From Acidimicrobiales bacterium (GTDB lineage Bacteria > Actinomycetota > Acidimicrobiia > Acidimicrobiales > Palsa-688), in the NCBI GenBank assembly GCA_051000755.1, contig JBPCNZ010000128.1:1-26387 (forward strand): 26,387 nt of DNA, given 5' to 3'. The notes below the pieces were generated by a model, which was not told where the DNA came from, did not search any database, and saw nothing but the letters and a program-made list of their open reading frames with translations. Below, piece by piece: positions 8,011-17,400 of the stretch; the stretch's first letter is position 1; the number at the start of each line of letters is the position of its first letter. The translations under genes and the position numbers were made by a program.

Positions 8011-8748
8011 TCAGGAGGCCTTGCCCACCGCGGCACGGACGGTCGAGGTGACGTCGCCCAGGATGGTGTTGGACACGGGCATGGTGTCCGCATAGGCGAA
8101 GACCACGATCGTCGCCGCGGTGCGGACGACGGCGATGGTGAGTTGCTCCGTCCGCCCGTGGAGGTGGTACGTCCCATGGACGGTCTCGGTCTGGTCGCCG
8201 ATCCCAGGGATGGTGAATGGCGTCAACGGGACGCTGACCTGGTTGGTGTACACGGCCACCGTCGGCGCCGGGCAGGATCCGAGGGTGGCGGCCAGGGACC
8301 GGTAGGCGGACGTGGCGGCGGGCACCGTGGCAAAGGCGTCGAGTTGCTCGTTGATCAGCGGCAGCCCGCCGAAGTAGGGGCCCTCGAGGAACTGTACGGC
8401 CTGGCGGGCCACCCCCTGAGGCTTTCCCAGCGGCGCCAGGCATCCCGATCCGGCCCACTGCTGGGCGCTCTCGGAGGGCACCGGGTGGTAATAGCCCCCC
8501 AGGTCGTTGGGGACGAGCAGGTTGGCTTCGAGGATCATGGCGCTCGGCACCATCACCGGCGGCACCGTGGTGGTGGGTGCGGGGACCGTGCCCCCGCCGG
8601 CGGCCGTGGTGGTGGGACCGGGGCGCGGGGCCGTCGATGTGCGAGCGGCCGGCCCCGACGCTTTGGTGCCTTGGGCGATCAGGCCCCCGACCCCGGCCAG
8701 GAGCAGGGCCAGGCACAGGGCGAAGGTGACACGAATCACGGTCCGCAC
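8011..8748 (-). CDS. secreted/membrane-anchored hypothetical protein with Pro/Thr-rich linker and PknH-like extracellular sensor-type domain (tentative)
   Basis: N-terminal signal/TM segment MRTVIRVTFALCLALLLAGVGG. PT-rich linker. Globular domain with two Cys (SGCLAPLG...LGSCPAPT). GTG start 3 nt after the hsp20 stop. High GC3 in frame. Confidence 0.55.
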   Translation of the reverse strand: MRTVIRVTFALCLALLLAGVGGLIAQGTKASGPAARTSTAPRPGPTTTAAGGGTVPAPTTTVPPVMVPSAMILEANLLVPNDLGGYYHPVPSESAQQWAGSGCLAPLGKPQGVARQAVQFLEGPYFGGLPLINEQLDAFATVPAATSAYRSLAATLGSCPAPTVAVYTNQVSVPLTPFTIPGIGDQTETVHGTYHLHGRTEQLTIAVVRTAATIVVFAYADTMPVSNTILGDVTSTVRAAVGKAS

Positions 8749-8751
8749 CGA

Positions 8752-9123
8752 TCAGGACCTGGTGTGGCGCTTGGCGGGCGTGACCGACACCGTCTCCCCC
8801 GGCTCCACCGGCCCCTCGAGGATGCGCACCACCAGCTGGCCATTGACCAGCGACGCCTCCACCCCTCCGCCGAAGCCGTCGGGAAGGTCGAGCTGGCGCT
8901 CGTAGGCACCGTAGGTCCACTCGTGGAGCAGGTACTCCCGCTCCGCCGCGTTCCGCAGCCGGGCCTTGATGCTCAGGTGCCGGCCCGTCCGCTCCACCAC
9001 GACGTCGTCGGGCGTCACCGCCGGGGCCACTGCCACCACCACGACGGCGTGGGGGGCCTGGTACATGTTGACCGGGATGGTCTGGGAGGCGAGACCTGCC
9101 TCGCCGGCGGGATCAGAGCTCAT
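8752..9123 (-). CDS. Hsp20/alpha-crystallin family small heat-shock protein
   Basis: 123 aa from ATG 9123. PVNMYQAPHAVVVVAVAPAVTPDDVVVE...HLSIKA...EREYLLHE...GAYERQLDLPDG...ASLVNGQLVVRI is an ACD-domain pattern. The longer upstream ORF (to 10062) is Pro/Arg-rich non-coding read-through. Confidence 0.85.
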   Translation of the reverse strand: MSSDPAGEAGLASQTIPVNMYQAPHAVVVVAVAPAVTPDDVVVERTGRHLSIKARLRNAAEREYLLHEWTYGAYERQLDLPDGFGGGVEASLVNGQLVVRILEGPVEPGETVSVTPAKRHTRS

Positions 9124-9325
9124 GGGCGGGTTGTAGCCGAAGCGGGGGACGGTGCGCAACGCCTCGGCCGCGGACGCGGTGTCCGCCAGCCCTTGATCGG
9201 CTCGCCGCCATCGCCTACCGTCACCTCCAGCAGGCGGGCGTCCGGGCCGGTGATCGTTCGGGGGAACGGTGGGGGTGTCACCGGGCCCAGACGCGCTGCG
9301 AGGGCCCAGCGGGGGGAGCCGGGCC

Positions 9326-9342
9326 CTCGAGCATCTGCTCAA
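9326..9342. promoter_or_regulatory. imperfect inverted repeat TTGAGC-agatg-CTCGAG (minus-strand orientation) ~200 nt upstream of hsp20; weak HAIR-like candidate
   Basis: Plus strand ctcgagcatctgctcaa. Arms are GAGCA/TGCTC with a TTGAG...CTCGAG outer resemblance to HspR HAIR (CTTGAGT-N7-ACTCAAG). The spacing is not canonical. Confidence 0.2.
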
Positions 9343-9454
9343 ACAACCAGCCGGGGGGACAGCCGGTTGGAGCAACTCCAGTATGCCCGGGGCCCCGCCA
9401 TCTGTCCAATGGTTTACAGAGACACAACCCATCGCTCCTGGCGATAGTGAGGTC

Positions 9455-9799
9455 TCAGGACAGCGGTTGGTTCCTCCCGATGAGGCGCTCGATGGCGGCG
9501 GCGGCGGCCAGATCGGTCTCGGTGACCCCGCCCGAGCTGTGGGTCGAGAGGGCGAAGCGCACCGTCCGCCACCGGATGTCGATGTCGGGATGGTGATCCA
9601 TGGCCTCGGCCACCTGGGCCACGGCGGTGACCAGCTCGACGGCAGCGAGGAAGTCGGCCATGGTCGCCGTCCGCACGATCGTCGACTCGTCGCCCTCCCA
9701 TCCCGGCAGCCCCTCCAACCCGGCCGCGACCTGCCCGGCGTCGAGACGCTCGCGGGAGGGGGGTGAGGGTGGGGACGGGGTGTCTGGGTAGTCGGCCAT
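9455..9799 (-). CDS. pterin-4-alpha-carbinolamine dehydratase (PCD/DCoH, PhhB-like)
   Basis: LEGLPGWEGDE...IVRTATMADFLAAVELVTAVAQVAEAMDHHPDIDIRWRTVRFALSTHSSGGVTETDL matches the PCD family signature, including [EDKH]-x(3)-H-[HN]-P-x(5,6)-W. Confidence 0.85.
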   Translation of the reverse strand: MADYPDTPSPPSPPSRERLDAGQVAAGLEGLPGWEGDESTIVRTATMADFLAAVELVTAVAQVAEAMDHHPDIDIRWRTVRFALSTHSSGGVTETDLAAAAAIERLIGRNQPLS

Positions 9800-10007
9800 G
9801 CTCCCGGTCTACACTGTGGAAGACGCGCCGGGGAGTCTGGTCGGCATTCGAACCTGGGGAAAGGGCCGGCTCCATGCGCACCGTCGAGATGTGTTGTCCC
9901 TCGTGGTGCTGGCGACGCTGGTGGCCGCCCTCGACCATGAGCGGGGGGGTCGGTCATCCCGGTGTCGATGTCCGAGTCGCCGGCGAGCTGGAGCGTGACG
10001 CTGCGTC

Positions 10008-10652
10008 GTGCGCCGGACACCACTACCCTCCCCAAGAGTGTCTGTGCCCGATTCTCGTTCACCCACGAACACCAGCGCCCGGCGGGCGGCGGTGGAGCGG
10101 GCCATCCTCGATGCGGCCGAGGCGCTGCTGGCGGAAGAGTCGTTCCATGCCCTGACGGTCGAGGACGTCATGAAGAAAGCGGGCCTGACTCGCACCGCCT
10201 TCTACCGGTACTTTCCCGACCTCGAAGCGGTCCTCCTGCGACGGATGACGGAGCTGCACGCCGAGTTGGCCGAGGCTGCCAACCTGTGGCTGGACCTCGA
10301 CGCCGAACCCACCGAGTCCATCCTGGCCGGCAACACCGGCCTGGCCGAGGTCTACAACCACCACGGCCGCATCCTGCTGGCCTTCGCCGATGCCGCCGGC
10401 CGCGGCCCGGAGATCGAGATGGCCTGGCATGAGACGGTCCACAGCTTCGTGGCGCCGGTCGTGGCCCGGATCGAGGACCTGCAGGCGCGGGGCCTGACCC
10501 ATGTGCCCAACATCGAGGAGACGGCCCGAGCCCTGGTGTGGATGAACGAGCGCTACCTGTTGGAGACCTTCGGCCGGCGCAGCGGCGCCGACGTGGGCCT
10601 CGCGGCCCAGACCCTGTCGGAGATCTGGCACCGGGTCCTCTTCGCCGCCTGA
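10008..10652 (+). CDS. TetR/AcrR family transcriptional regulator
   Basis: N-terminal HTH RRAAVERAILDAAEALLAEESFHALTVEDVMKKAGLTRTAFYRYF, then an alpha-helical ligand-binding domain. The GTG start at 10008 is uncertain. Alternative GTGs at 10038/10044 are possible. Confidence 0.85.
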   Translation: MRRTPLPSPRVSVPDSRSPTNTSARRAAVERAILDAAEALLAEESFHALTVEDVMKKAGLTRTAFYRYFPDLEAVLLRRMTELHAELAEAANLWLDLDAEPTESILAGNTGLAEVYNHHGRILLAFADAAGRGPEIEMAWHETVHSFVAPVVARIEDLQARGLTHVPNIEETARALVWMNERYLLETFGRRSGADVGLAAQTLSEIWHRVLFAA

Positions 10653-10832
10653 GGTGAGCTTTCCCTGGGAGGCGATCGACGGCGGCGCCGGTGGTCTCGC
10701 TCGTCGCGACGAGATGAAGCCGGATGGGCGCCGGCTGACCCTCTACCGCCTCGGGAGCGGCGAGGCCGTCCGGGAGGACCGTGACGGCACCGGAGCCTCG
10801 GACGAGACCGACGCCGGCCGTGAACGACACCC

Positions 10833-11831
10833 GTGACCGAGCGGCGCTACGACCCGACCACCGGCGAATGGGTCACCTTCGCCACCCATCGTCAGAGCCG
10901 GACCTACAAGCCGCCCGCCGACTTCTGCCCGCTGTGCCCGACCCGGCCCGGCGCGGCCGAGACCGAGATCCCCCATCCCAGCTTCGAGGTGGTGAGCTTC
11001 GACAACAGGTTCCCGTCGTTCGGCGGTCACGCGCCACCCCCGAGCATCGGCGGCACCGACCTCTACCCCGTCGAGCCCGCGTCCGGTCGTTGCGAGGTCG
11101 TCGTCTACTCCGACGACCACGACACCACGTTCGCCGAGCTGAGCGCGGAGCGGATCAGGATGCTCGTCGATGTCTGGGTCGACCGCTGGCAAGCCCTCGG
11201 AGCCCAGGACGACATCGGCTACGTCATGCCGTTCGAAAACAAGGGCGAGGTCGTCGGCACCACCCTGTCGCATCCCCACGGCCAGATCTACGGCTACCCC
11301 GAGGTCCCTCCCCGACCGCTCCGGGAGCTACGGGCCGCGCAGGCCCACCTGGGGCGCACGGGTCGCTGTGTGGAGTGCGATGTGGTGGCAGCCGAGATGG
11401 CCGACGGGCGGCGCCTGGTCGACACCGACGCCGGCTGGGTGGCGTGGGTGCCGTTCTGGGCCCGCTTCCCCTACGAGGTCCACATCGCCCCCCGCCGTCA
11501 CCGCCCCTCGCTGGGTCACCTGGAGGAGCCGGACCGGGCCGCGTTGGCCCGGGTGTTGCAGACCGTCGCCCGGTCCTACGACGCCCTCTGGGGCTTCTCC
11601 CTGCCCTATGTCATGGCCTTCCACCAACGCCCCACGAACGACGACGAGGCATGGGACCCCGTCAGCCACCTTCATGTCGAGTTCTCGCCCCCCAACCGCA
11701 GTGCCGACCAGCTCAAGTACCTGGCCGGCTCGGAGTTGGAGGGCGGGGCGTTCGTCACCGATGTCGCCCCCGAGGACGCTGCGGCCCGGCTTCGTGAAGC
11801 GCGAGACCGGGTCGGCCCCGGGCTCCGATGA
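10833..11831 (+). CDS. galT: galactose-1-phosphate uridylyltransferase (GalT, HIT-like class)
   Basis: MTERRYDPTTGEWVTF...FCPLCP...FENKGEVVGTTLSHPHGQIYGYP...VAWVPFWARFPYEVHIAPRRH...HLHVEF aligns to E. coli GalT, including the CxxC zinc site and HPHGQI active-site His. Confidence 0.9.
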   Translation: MTERRYDPTTGEWVTFATHRQSRTYKPPADFCPLCPTRPGAAETEIPHPSFEVVSFDNRFPSFGGHAPPPSIGGTDLYPVEPASGRCEVVVYSDDHDTTFAELSAERIRMLVDVWVDRWQALGAQDDIGYVMPFENKGEVVGTTLSHPHGQIYGYPEVPPRPLRELRAAQAHLGRTGRCVECDVVAAEMADGRRLVDTDAGWVAWVPFWARFPYEVHIAPRRHRPSLGHLEEPDRAALARVLQTVARSYDALWGFSLPYVMAFHQRPTNDDEAWDPVSHLHVEFSPPNRSADQLKYLAGSELEGGAFVTDVAPEDAAARLREARDRVGPGLR

Positions 11832-12940
11832 CCGTCGCCGACTCGTTCCGCTCGATCGTCGGCCATGCACCCAACGGCGTCTGGCAGGCACCGGGGAGGG
11901 TGAACCTGATCGGCGAGCACACCGACTACTGCGGCGGGTTCGCCATCACCTTCGCCATCGACCGCCAGACGAGGGTTGCGGTCGGGCGACGCTCCGACCG
12001 CCGGGTGCGGGCCTGGTCCACCTCGGCACCGAGAGACGAGCCGCTGGTCGCCGATCTCGACGCCCTGGTCCCGGGGCGGGGCACGTCGTGGGCCCGCTAC
12101 CCCTTCGGCGTGCTGTGGGCTCTCGGGGCCGAAGGGGTCGACGTCGGGGGTCTCGACCTGGTGGTCGACTCCACGGTGCCCATCGGCAGCGGCCTGTCCT
12201 CCAGCGCGGCGCTGGAGGCGGCCGTGGCCGTCGCCGTCGACGATCTGGCCGACTCCGGGCTCGGCACTCTCCGTCTGGCCACCCTCTGCCACCGGGCCGA
12301 GTCCGACTATGTCGGTGCGCCCACCGGCCTGCTCGACCAGCTGGCGGTCCTGGGGGCGGCCGCGGGCCACGGCCTGTTCATCGACTTCCGCAGCCTCGAG
12401 GTCCGCCACCTGCCCCTGGCCCTCGGGCCCCTGACCGTCGTCGACACCGGCGTCCGGCACGCCAACACCGACGGCGCCTACGCGGCGCGGCGCCGGGCCT
12501 GCGAGGACGCGGCCGCGGCCCTGGGCGTCCCTCAGCTCCGCGATGCCGATGAGGTCCTCGTCGACCGCCACCTGACGGGGGTGCTGACCCGCCGCGCCCG
12601 CCACGTCGTCACCGAAGACATCCGCGTCGTCGAGACCGCCCGGCGCCTGGGCGCAGGTGAGGACATCGGCGACCTCCTCGACGCGTCCCACGACTCCCTC
12701 CGCGACGACTTCGAGGTCTCCTGCCCGGAGCTGGACACGGCCGTGGCATCGGCCCGGTCCGCGGGCGCCACTGGCGCCCGCATGACCGGCGCCGGGTTCG
12801 GGGGAGCGTGCATCGCTGTGGGCGTCGCCGCCGACGCCGTCGACGAGGTCGTCACCGCCGCCTTCGCCGGCGAGGGCTACGAGACCAAGCCGACGACCTT
12901 CGCGGTGGTGCCGTCACCGGGGGCCGGGCGCCTGTCGTAA
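11828..12940 (+). CDS. galK: galactokinase (GalK, GHMP kinase)
   Basis: APGRVNLIGEHTDYCGGFAITFAID (galactokinase signature). VPIGSGLSSSAALEAAVA (GHMP ATP-binding motif). RMTGAGFGGACIA. ATGA overlap with the galT stop. Confidence 0.9.
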   Translation: MTVADSFRSIVGHAPNGVWQAPGRVNLIGEHTDYCGGFAITFAIDRQTRVAVGRRSDRRVRAWSTSAPRDEPLVADLDALVPGRGTSWARYPFGVLWALGAEGVDVGGLDLVVDSTVPIGSGLSSSAALEAAVAVAVDDLADSGLGTLRLATLCHRAESDYVGAPTGLLDQLAVLGAAAGHGLFIDFRSLEVRHLPLALGPLTVVDTGVRHANTDGAYAARRRACEDAAAALGVPQLRDADEVLVDRHLTGVLTRRARHVVTEDIRVVETARRLGAGEDIGDLLDASHDSLRDDFEVSCPELDTAVASARSAGATGARMTGAGFGGACIAVGVAADAVDEVVTAAFAGEGYETKPTTFAVVPSPGAGRLS

Positions 12941-13100
12941 CCGCAGACCAGCAGGAAGACCTCGGCGGTGGCGATGACACCGACCACCACGCTCAGCTCC
13001 CGCTGGCGGAGCAGGCCCGGACCGATGCTCTTCAGACCCAACGGGCCGGCACGTCCGAGGTCGCCACGGATCCGGCGACGGCCCTCGTGGAGCAGGAGGC

Positions 13101-14285
13101 CTAAGAGGTGGAGGCCAACACGAAGTCACGGGACTCGTGGGTGGGCCCCAGGTAGCGGCTGGCCGGGCGCTGCATCTTTGGATACAGCTTGACCCCGCTG
13201 ACCTGGCCGGAGACCTCATGCAGGTAGAAGTTGAAGGTCACCCACTCCGGGTTGATGTCGAGGGTCATGGCCCGCACGGCACCGGCCCGTTGCAACGATT
13301 CGGCCAGGGCCCGAGCACTCAGCGCCGGGCCGGCCACGTAGACAAGGCCCCCGCGGGCGGTCACGCCCACCCCCGAGCGGGCCACAACGGTGTTGGACCC
13401 GATGGTCGTACCGAAGATCTTGGAGTCAGCGTAGGTGGCGGCAGGAGCGGCCTGCCCCTTGTCGACGATGGGGACCAGGTTCTGCATGACGGCGTGCACG
13501 TTGGAGCTCATGCGCACCTCGCTGTCCCAGGTGCCGACGTCGACGTGGCCGTCGTTGTAGAAGACCAGCGAAGAGGCACCCGGCTGCAGCGTCCCGACGG
13601 TCTGGCCGTCCAGGTAGAAACCACCGTGGGCATCCTGGGTCCGGAAACCGCCGTTGAAGGCGGCGGCCGCGGTGGAGGCCTGGGCCGGGGTGATGAAGGG
13701 GCTCTCCGTCCACGATCCGCCCGGCTCCTGGGCCCCAGGGACCAGCGAGAAGTGGAGCAGGGTCGGATCCATCCACACCGCGGAGGTGATCTGGCTGGTA
13801 AAGATGTCGTCCGCCCGGAACTGCGCCTCGTACATCGGTGCCAGCCCGTTGACCAACGGACCCGTCGGCACCCATTGGCCCTCGTTGGCCAGATGGTTAC
13901 CGGTGACGAGGGCCACCGGGGCGGGTACCGCGAGGTGGTCCCCCCGGGGGCCTTTGCTCACCGGGGCGGGCACAACGTTGTTGAGCCCTTTCGGCTGGCC
14001 ACCCTTGGACGGCGCCTGGTGCTTGTAGTACCACGACTCGATCGGCGTCACCACGAACGCGGCGTGATGGGCCCGCAGCCAGTCGGCCCACTTGGCCTTG
14101 AAGTCCTCGTTGCCGGGCGTGGTGGCGGCCCCGACGACCGAGACGAAGATCAGAAGGAAGACGAAGCTCACCGCAGCCAGGGGAAGGAACCGGCGCCGGA
14201 ACCTACGGCGGCGCTCGGCCATGCGCCGGGCCATGATGGCCCGGGGCACGGGCTGAAAGGCCCGCTCGTACATCTCGTCGGTCAT
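13101..14285 (-). CDS. phosphodiester glycosidase family protein (DUF2233/NAGPA-like), N-terminally membrane-anchored
   Basis: 394 aa. N-terminal Arg-rich cytoplasmic tail and one TM (LPLAAVSFVFLLIFVSVVGA). The C-terminal domain carries the AAFNGGF...GFYLDG motifs typical of the phosphodiester glycosidase family. Confidence 0.7.
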   Translation of the reverse strand: MTDEMYERAFQPVPRAIMARRMAERRRRFRRRFLPLAAVSFVFLLIFVSVVGAATTPGNEDFKAKWADWLRAHHAAFVVTPIESWYYKHQAPSKGGQPKGLNNVVPAPVSKGPRGDHLAVPAPVALVTGNHLANEGQWVPTGPLVNGLAPMYEAQFRADDIFTSQITSAVWMDPTLLHFSLVPGAQEPGGSWTESPFITPAQASTAAAAFNGGFRTQDAHGGFYLDGQTVGTLQPGASSLVFYNDGHVDVGTWDSEVRMSSNVHAVMQNLVPIVDKGQAAPAATYADSKIFGTTIGSNTVVARSGVGVTARGGLVYVAGPALSARALAESLQRAGAVRAMTLDINPEWVTFNFYLHEVSGQVSGVKLYPKMQRPASRYLGPTHESRDFVLASTS

Positions 14286-14435
14286 GGGGACTCCCGCGCC
14301 CCAGGGGGCAGCGCGGCGATCAGGTCCGGGCGGTGCCGGTCCACATGGTCAAAAGGGGGCAGCGCCCGGTGCGTCGGCAGGGGCGACCACGGATACATCC
14401 CTTGATTCTCGCGGGCGCGGCCACCGTTGCGGTGT

Positions 14436-14448
14436 CATGCACGCTGTC
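14436..14448. promoter_or_regulatory. inverted repeat CGCTG-tcg-CAGCG (flanked by direct CGCTGTC repeats) ~40 nt upstream of recC
   Basis: Plus strand acgctgtcgcagcgctgtcacc, in the 200-bp divergent region between the glycosidase gene and recC. Confidence 0.2.
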
Positions 14449-14486
14449 GCAGCGCTGTCACCCCGGTTGCCTACGATGGGCCCCCC

Positions 14487-17400
14487 ATGTTGTCGACCCA
14501 TCGGGCGGAGCGGTCGGACCGTTTGGTCGACGGTCTCGCCGCCGTCCTGCGGACACCGAGTGGCGACCCGTTCACCCCCGAGGTCGTGGCCGTGCCCACC
14601 CGAGGCGTCGAGCGATGGCTGACCCAGCGCCTCTCGGCCACCCTGGGCGCATCGAATGGCGGCCACGACGGGGTGTGCGCCAACGTCGACTTCCCGTTCC
14701 CCGGCACGCTGACGGATCGGGCCCTGGCGGCGGCGACCGCGATCGACCCTGATCGCGACCCCTGGTCGGTCCAGCGCTCGGTGTGGCCCCTCCTGGGCGT
14801 CGTGGACCGCCACCTCGGCGAGGACTGGCTGGCACCCCTCGCCGGCCATCTCGGCCGCGTGGCTCCCGCGCCACCACCACCCCGGGCCGGCGCCGGTCTC
14901 GGGGGCGATGCCGGCCCGCCGGGCGGCCCCGCCGAGGACCCGAGAAGGGCCCGCCGCTTCGCCGTGGTGCGTCATCTGGCCGACCTCTTCGACCACTACG
15001 GCGTGCACCGGCCGGGCATGATCTGCGCCTGGGCGGAGGGCCGGGACACCGACGAGGCGGGACGGACCATCGTGGAGGATCTGCGCTGGCAGCCGCCACT
15101 GTGGAGAGCGTTGCGGGTCGCCGTAGGAGTTCCGAGCCCGGCCGAGCGACTCGAACCCGCATGCACCCTGTTGCGAACGGACCCAGACCTCGTCGACCTT
15201 CCATCCCGCCTGTCCCTGTTCGGCCTGACCCGGCTTCCCGCCAGCTACTTGGAGGTCCTGGCCGCGCTGGCCGTCCGGCGCGACGTGCACCTGTGGCTCC
15301 TGCACCCGTCGTCTGCGTTGTGGACTCGCCTGGCCGGTCTTCACGAACCCTTGAGGACCCCCGTCCGCAACCCGATCCCGGACCGAACCCGGTCGGCGCC
15401 GCCAGCCCCCGCAGTCGTCCTCCCGACGAGGTCCGAGGGCAGCTCGGGAGTCCCGGAGCACCCTCTCCTCGCGTCGTGGGGGCGCGACGCCCGCGAGATG
15501 CAGGTCGTCCTGTCCTCGGTTCCCATCGACCACGACGAGGCGCTCGGGGCCGTCGACGCCCCCGCCACGCTCCTGGGCCGGATCCAGGCCGACATCCGGG
15601 CCGACCGGCCCCTGCCGGCGGCGCCGCCCCGGGGAGGAACGGCGCCGCCCCATGGAGGAACGGCGCCGCCCCATGGAGGAACACCGCTCGGGGAAGCGGA
15701 CCAACACTTCCGGCTCGGTCCCGACGACCGCAGCATCCGGGTCCATGCCTGCCACGGTCCCACCCGGCAGGTCGAGGTTCTGCGCGACACCATCCTGCAC
15801 CTGCTGAGCGACGACCCGACCCTCGAAGGGCGCGACGTCATCGTGCTCTGTCCCGACATCGACACCTTCGCCCCGATCATCTCCGCCACCTTTGGTCTCG
15901 GCCCCGGCGGCGACGGCCACCACGGCCACGAAGACGGGGACGGTGCCGGCGCGGGCGGCTCCGATCTCCGGGTCCGCCTGGCAGACCGCTCTCTGCGCCA
16001 GACCAACCCGGTCCTGCAGGCGGTGACCCACATCCTGACCATGGTGGGTTCACGGGTCGGAGCCTCGAGCGTGCTCGACCTGGCCGGCATGGTCCCCGTC
16101 CGGGAACGCTTCCGCCTCGACGACGACGACCTGTCCACCATCAGCGAGTGGGTGCGCCACGCCGGGATCCGGTGGGGTCTCGACGGACCTCACCGGGCCC
16201 CATACCACCTCCAGGACGTCGAGGCCAACACCTGGCGGTGGGGCACGGACCGTGTCCTGGCCGGCGTTCTCATGGCCGCCGACGACGGCCCGCCGGTCGA
16301 CGGGACCCTCCCTCTCGACATCGCCGGGTCGCCCGACGTGAGCCTGGTCGGACGGCTGGGCGAGCTCGTCGACCGCCTGGCTGACACCCTCGACCGACTC
16401 TCCCGGACCCAGACCGTCCCCGAATGGGTGGAAGCCATCGCTGCGGCTGCCGACGCCCTGCTGGCCACGTCGGGATCCGACCGCTGGCAGCGCCAACAGC
16501 TCGACACCATGCTCAGCGAGGTGCTCGACCAGTCCGTCCCCACCGGGGAGGTGGTCCTGTCGCCCCCAGAGGTGGGTGAGCTGTTCGCCGATCGGCTCAA
16601 GGGTCGACCCACCCGCGCCAACTTCCGCACGGGCCATCTGACCATGTGCACCCTCGTTCCCATGCGTTCGGTGCCGCACCGGGTCGTGTGCCTCCTGGGC
16701 CTCGATGACACCGTCTTCCCCCGAGGGGACCGTCCCGACGGCGACGACCTGCTCAGCCGCCATCCCCGGGTGGGCGACAGTGACCCCCGCAGCTCCGACC
16801 AGCAACTTCTCCTCGACGCCCTGCTGGCCGCCGAGGATCACCTCGTCATCACCTACACCGGGCGAGATGAGCGCACCAACGAGGTCCGCCGCCCTGCCAT
16901 TCCCGTCGCCGAGCTGCTGGATGTGGCCGAGAGGACCGCTACCGACCCCAGCGGGCGCGCCGTCACTGACCGTCTGGTGGTGCATCACCCGCTGCAGCCC
17001 TTCGACGCCCGCAACTTCACCCTGGGCGCACTCACCCCGGCGCAGCCGTGGAGCTTCGACGCAGCCCAGCTTGCCGGCGCCCGGGCGGCCGCCGAACCAC
17101 GCCATCCCCCCGAGGCATTTCTTCCGGGCCCGTTGTCGCCCGTGACAACCGATCTGGTCAACCTGAACGACCTGGCCTCCTTCGTCCGCCATCCCGTCCG
17201 AGCCTTCCTCCGCGGTCGTCTCGGGGTCAGCCTGCCCCGACCCGACGACGAGACCGACGACAGCCTCCCCATCGATCTGGGCGGGCTGGAGCAGTGGGGC
17301 GTGGGGGATCATCTGCTGCGCCGCCAGCTGGCAGGGTGGAGCGCCGCTGACGCGGAGGCGTCAGAGCTGGCCGGGGGAGCCTTGCCGCCCGGCTGGCTGG

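Noticed and set aside
8000-9447. Continuation of the 749-aa frame-1 ORF beyond tesB (7198..9447)
   Set aside because: TesB homology ends at 7997 (in frame 3). The remainder is stop-free read-through across minus-strand genes (hypothetical, hsp20).
9124-10062. N-terminal 300 aa of the 436-aa ORF containing hsp20
   Set aside because: Pro/Arg/Ser-rich, overlaps the pcd gene on the same strand in another frame. The Hsp20 domain starts at ATG 9123 with a 330-bp leader.
10654-10836. 60-aa plus ORF in the tetR-galT intergenic region
   Set aside because: No similarity and weak coding signal. More likely the galT 5' UTR.
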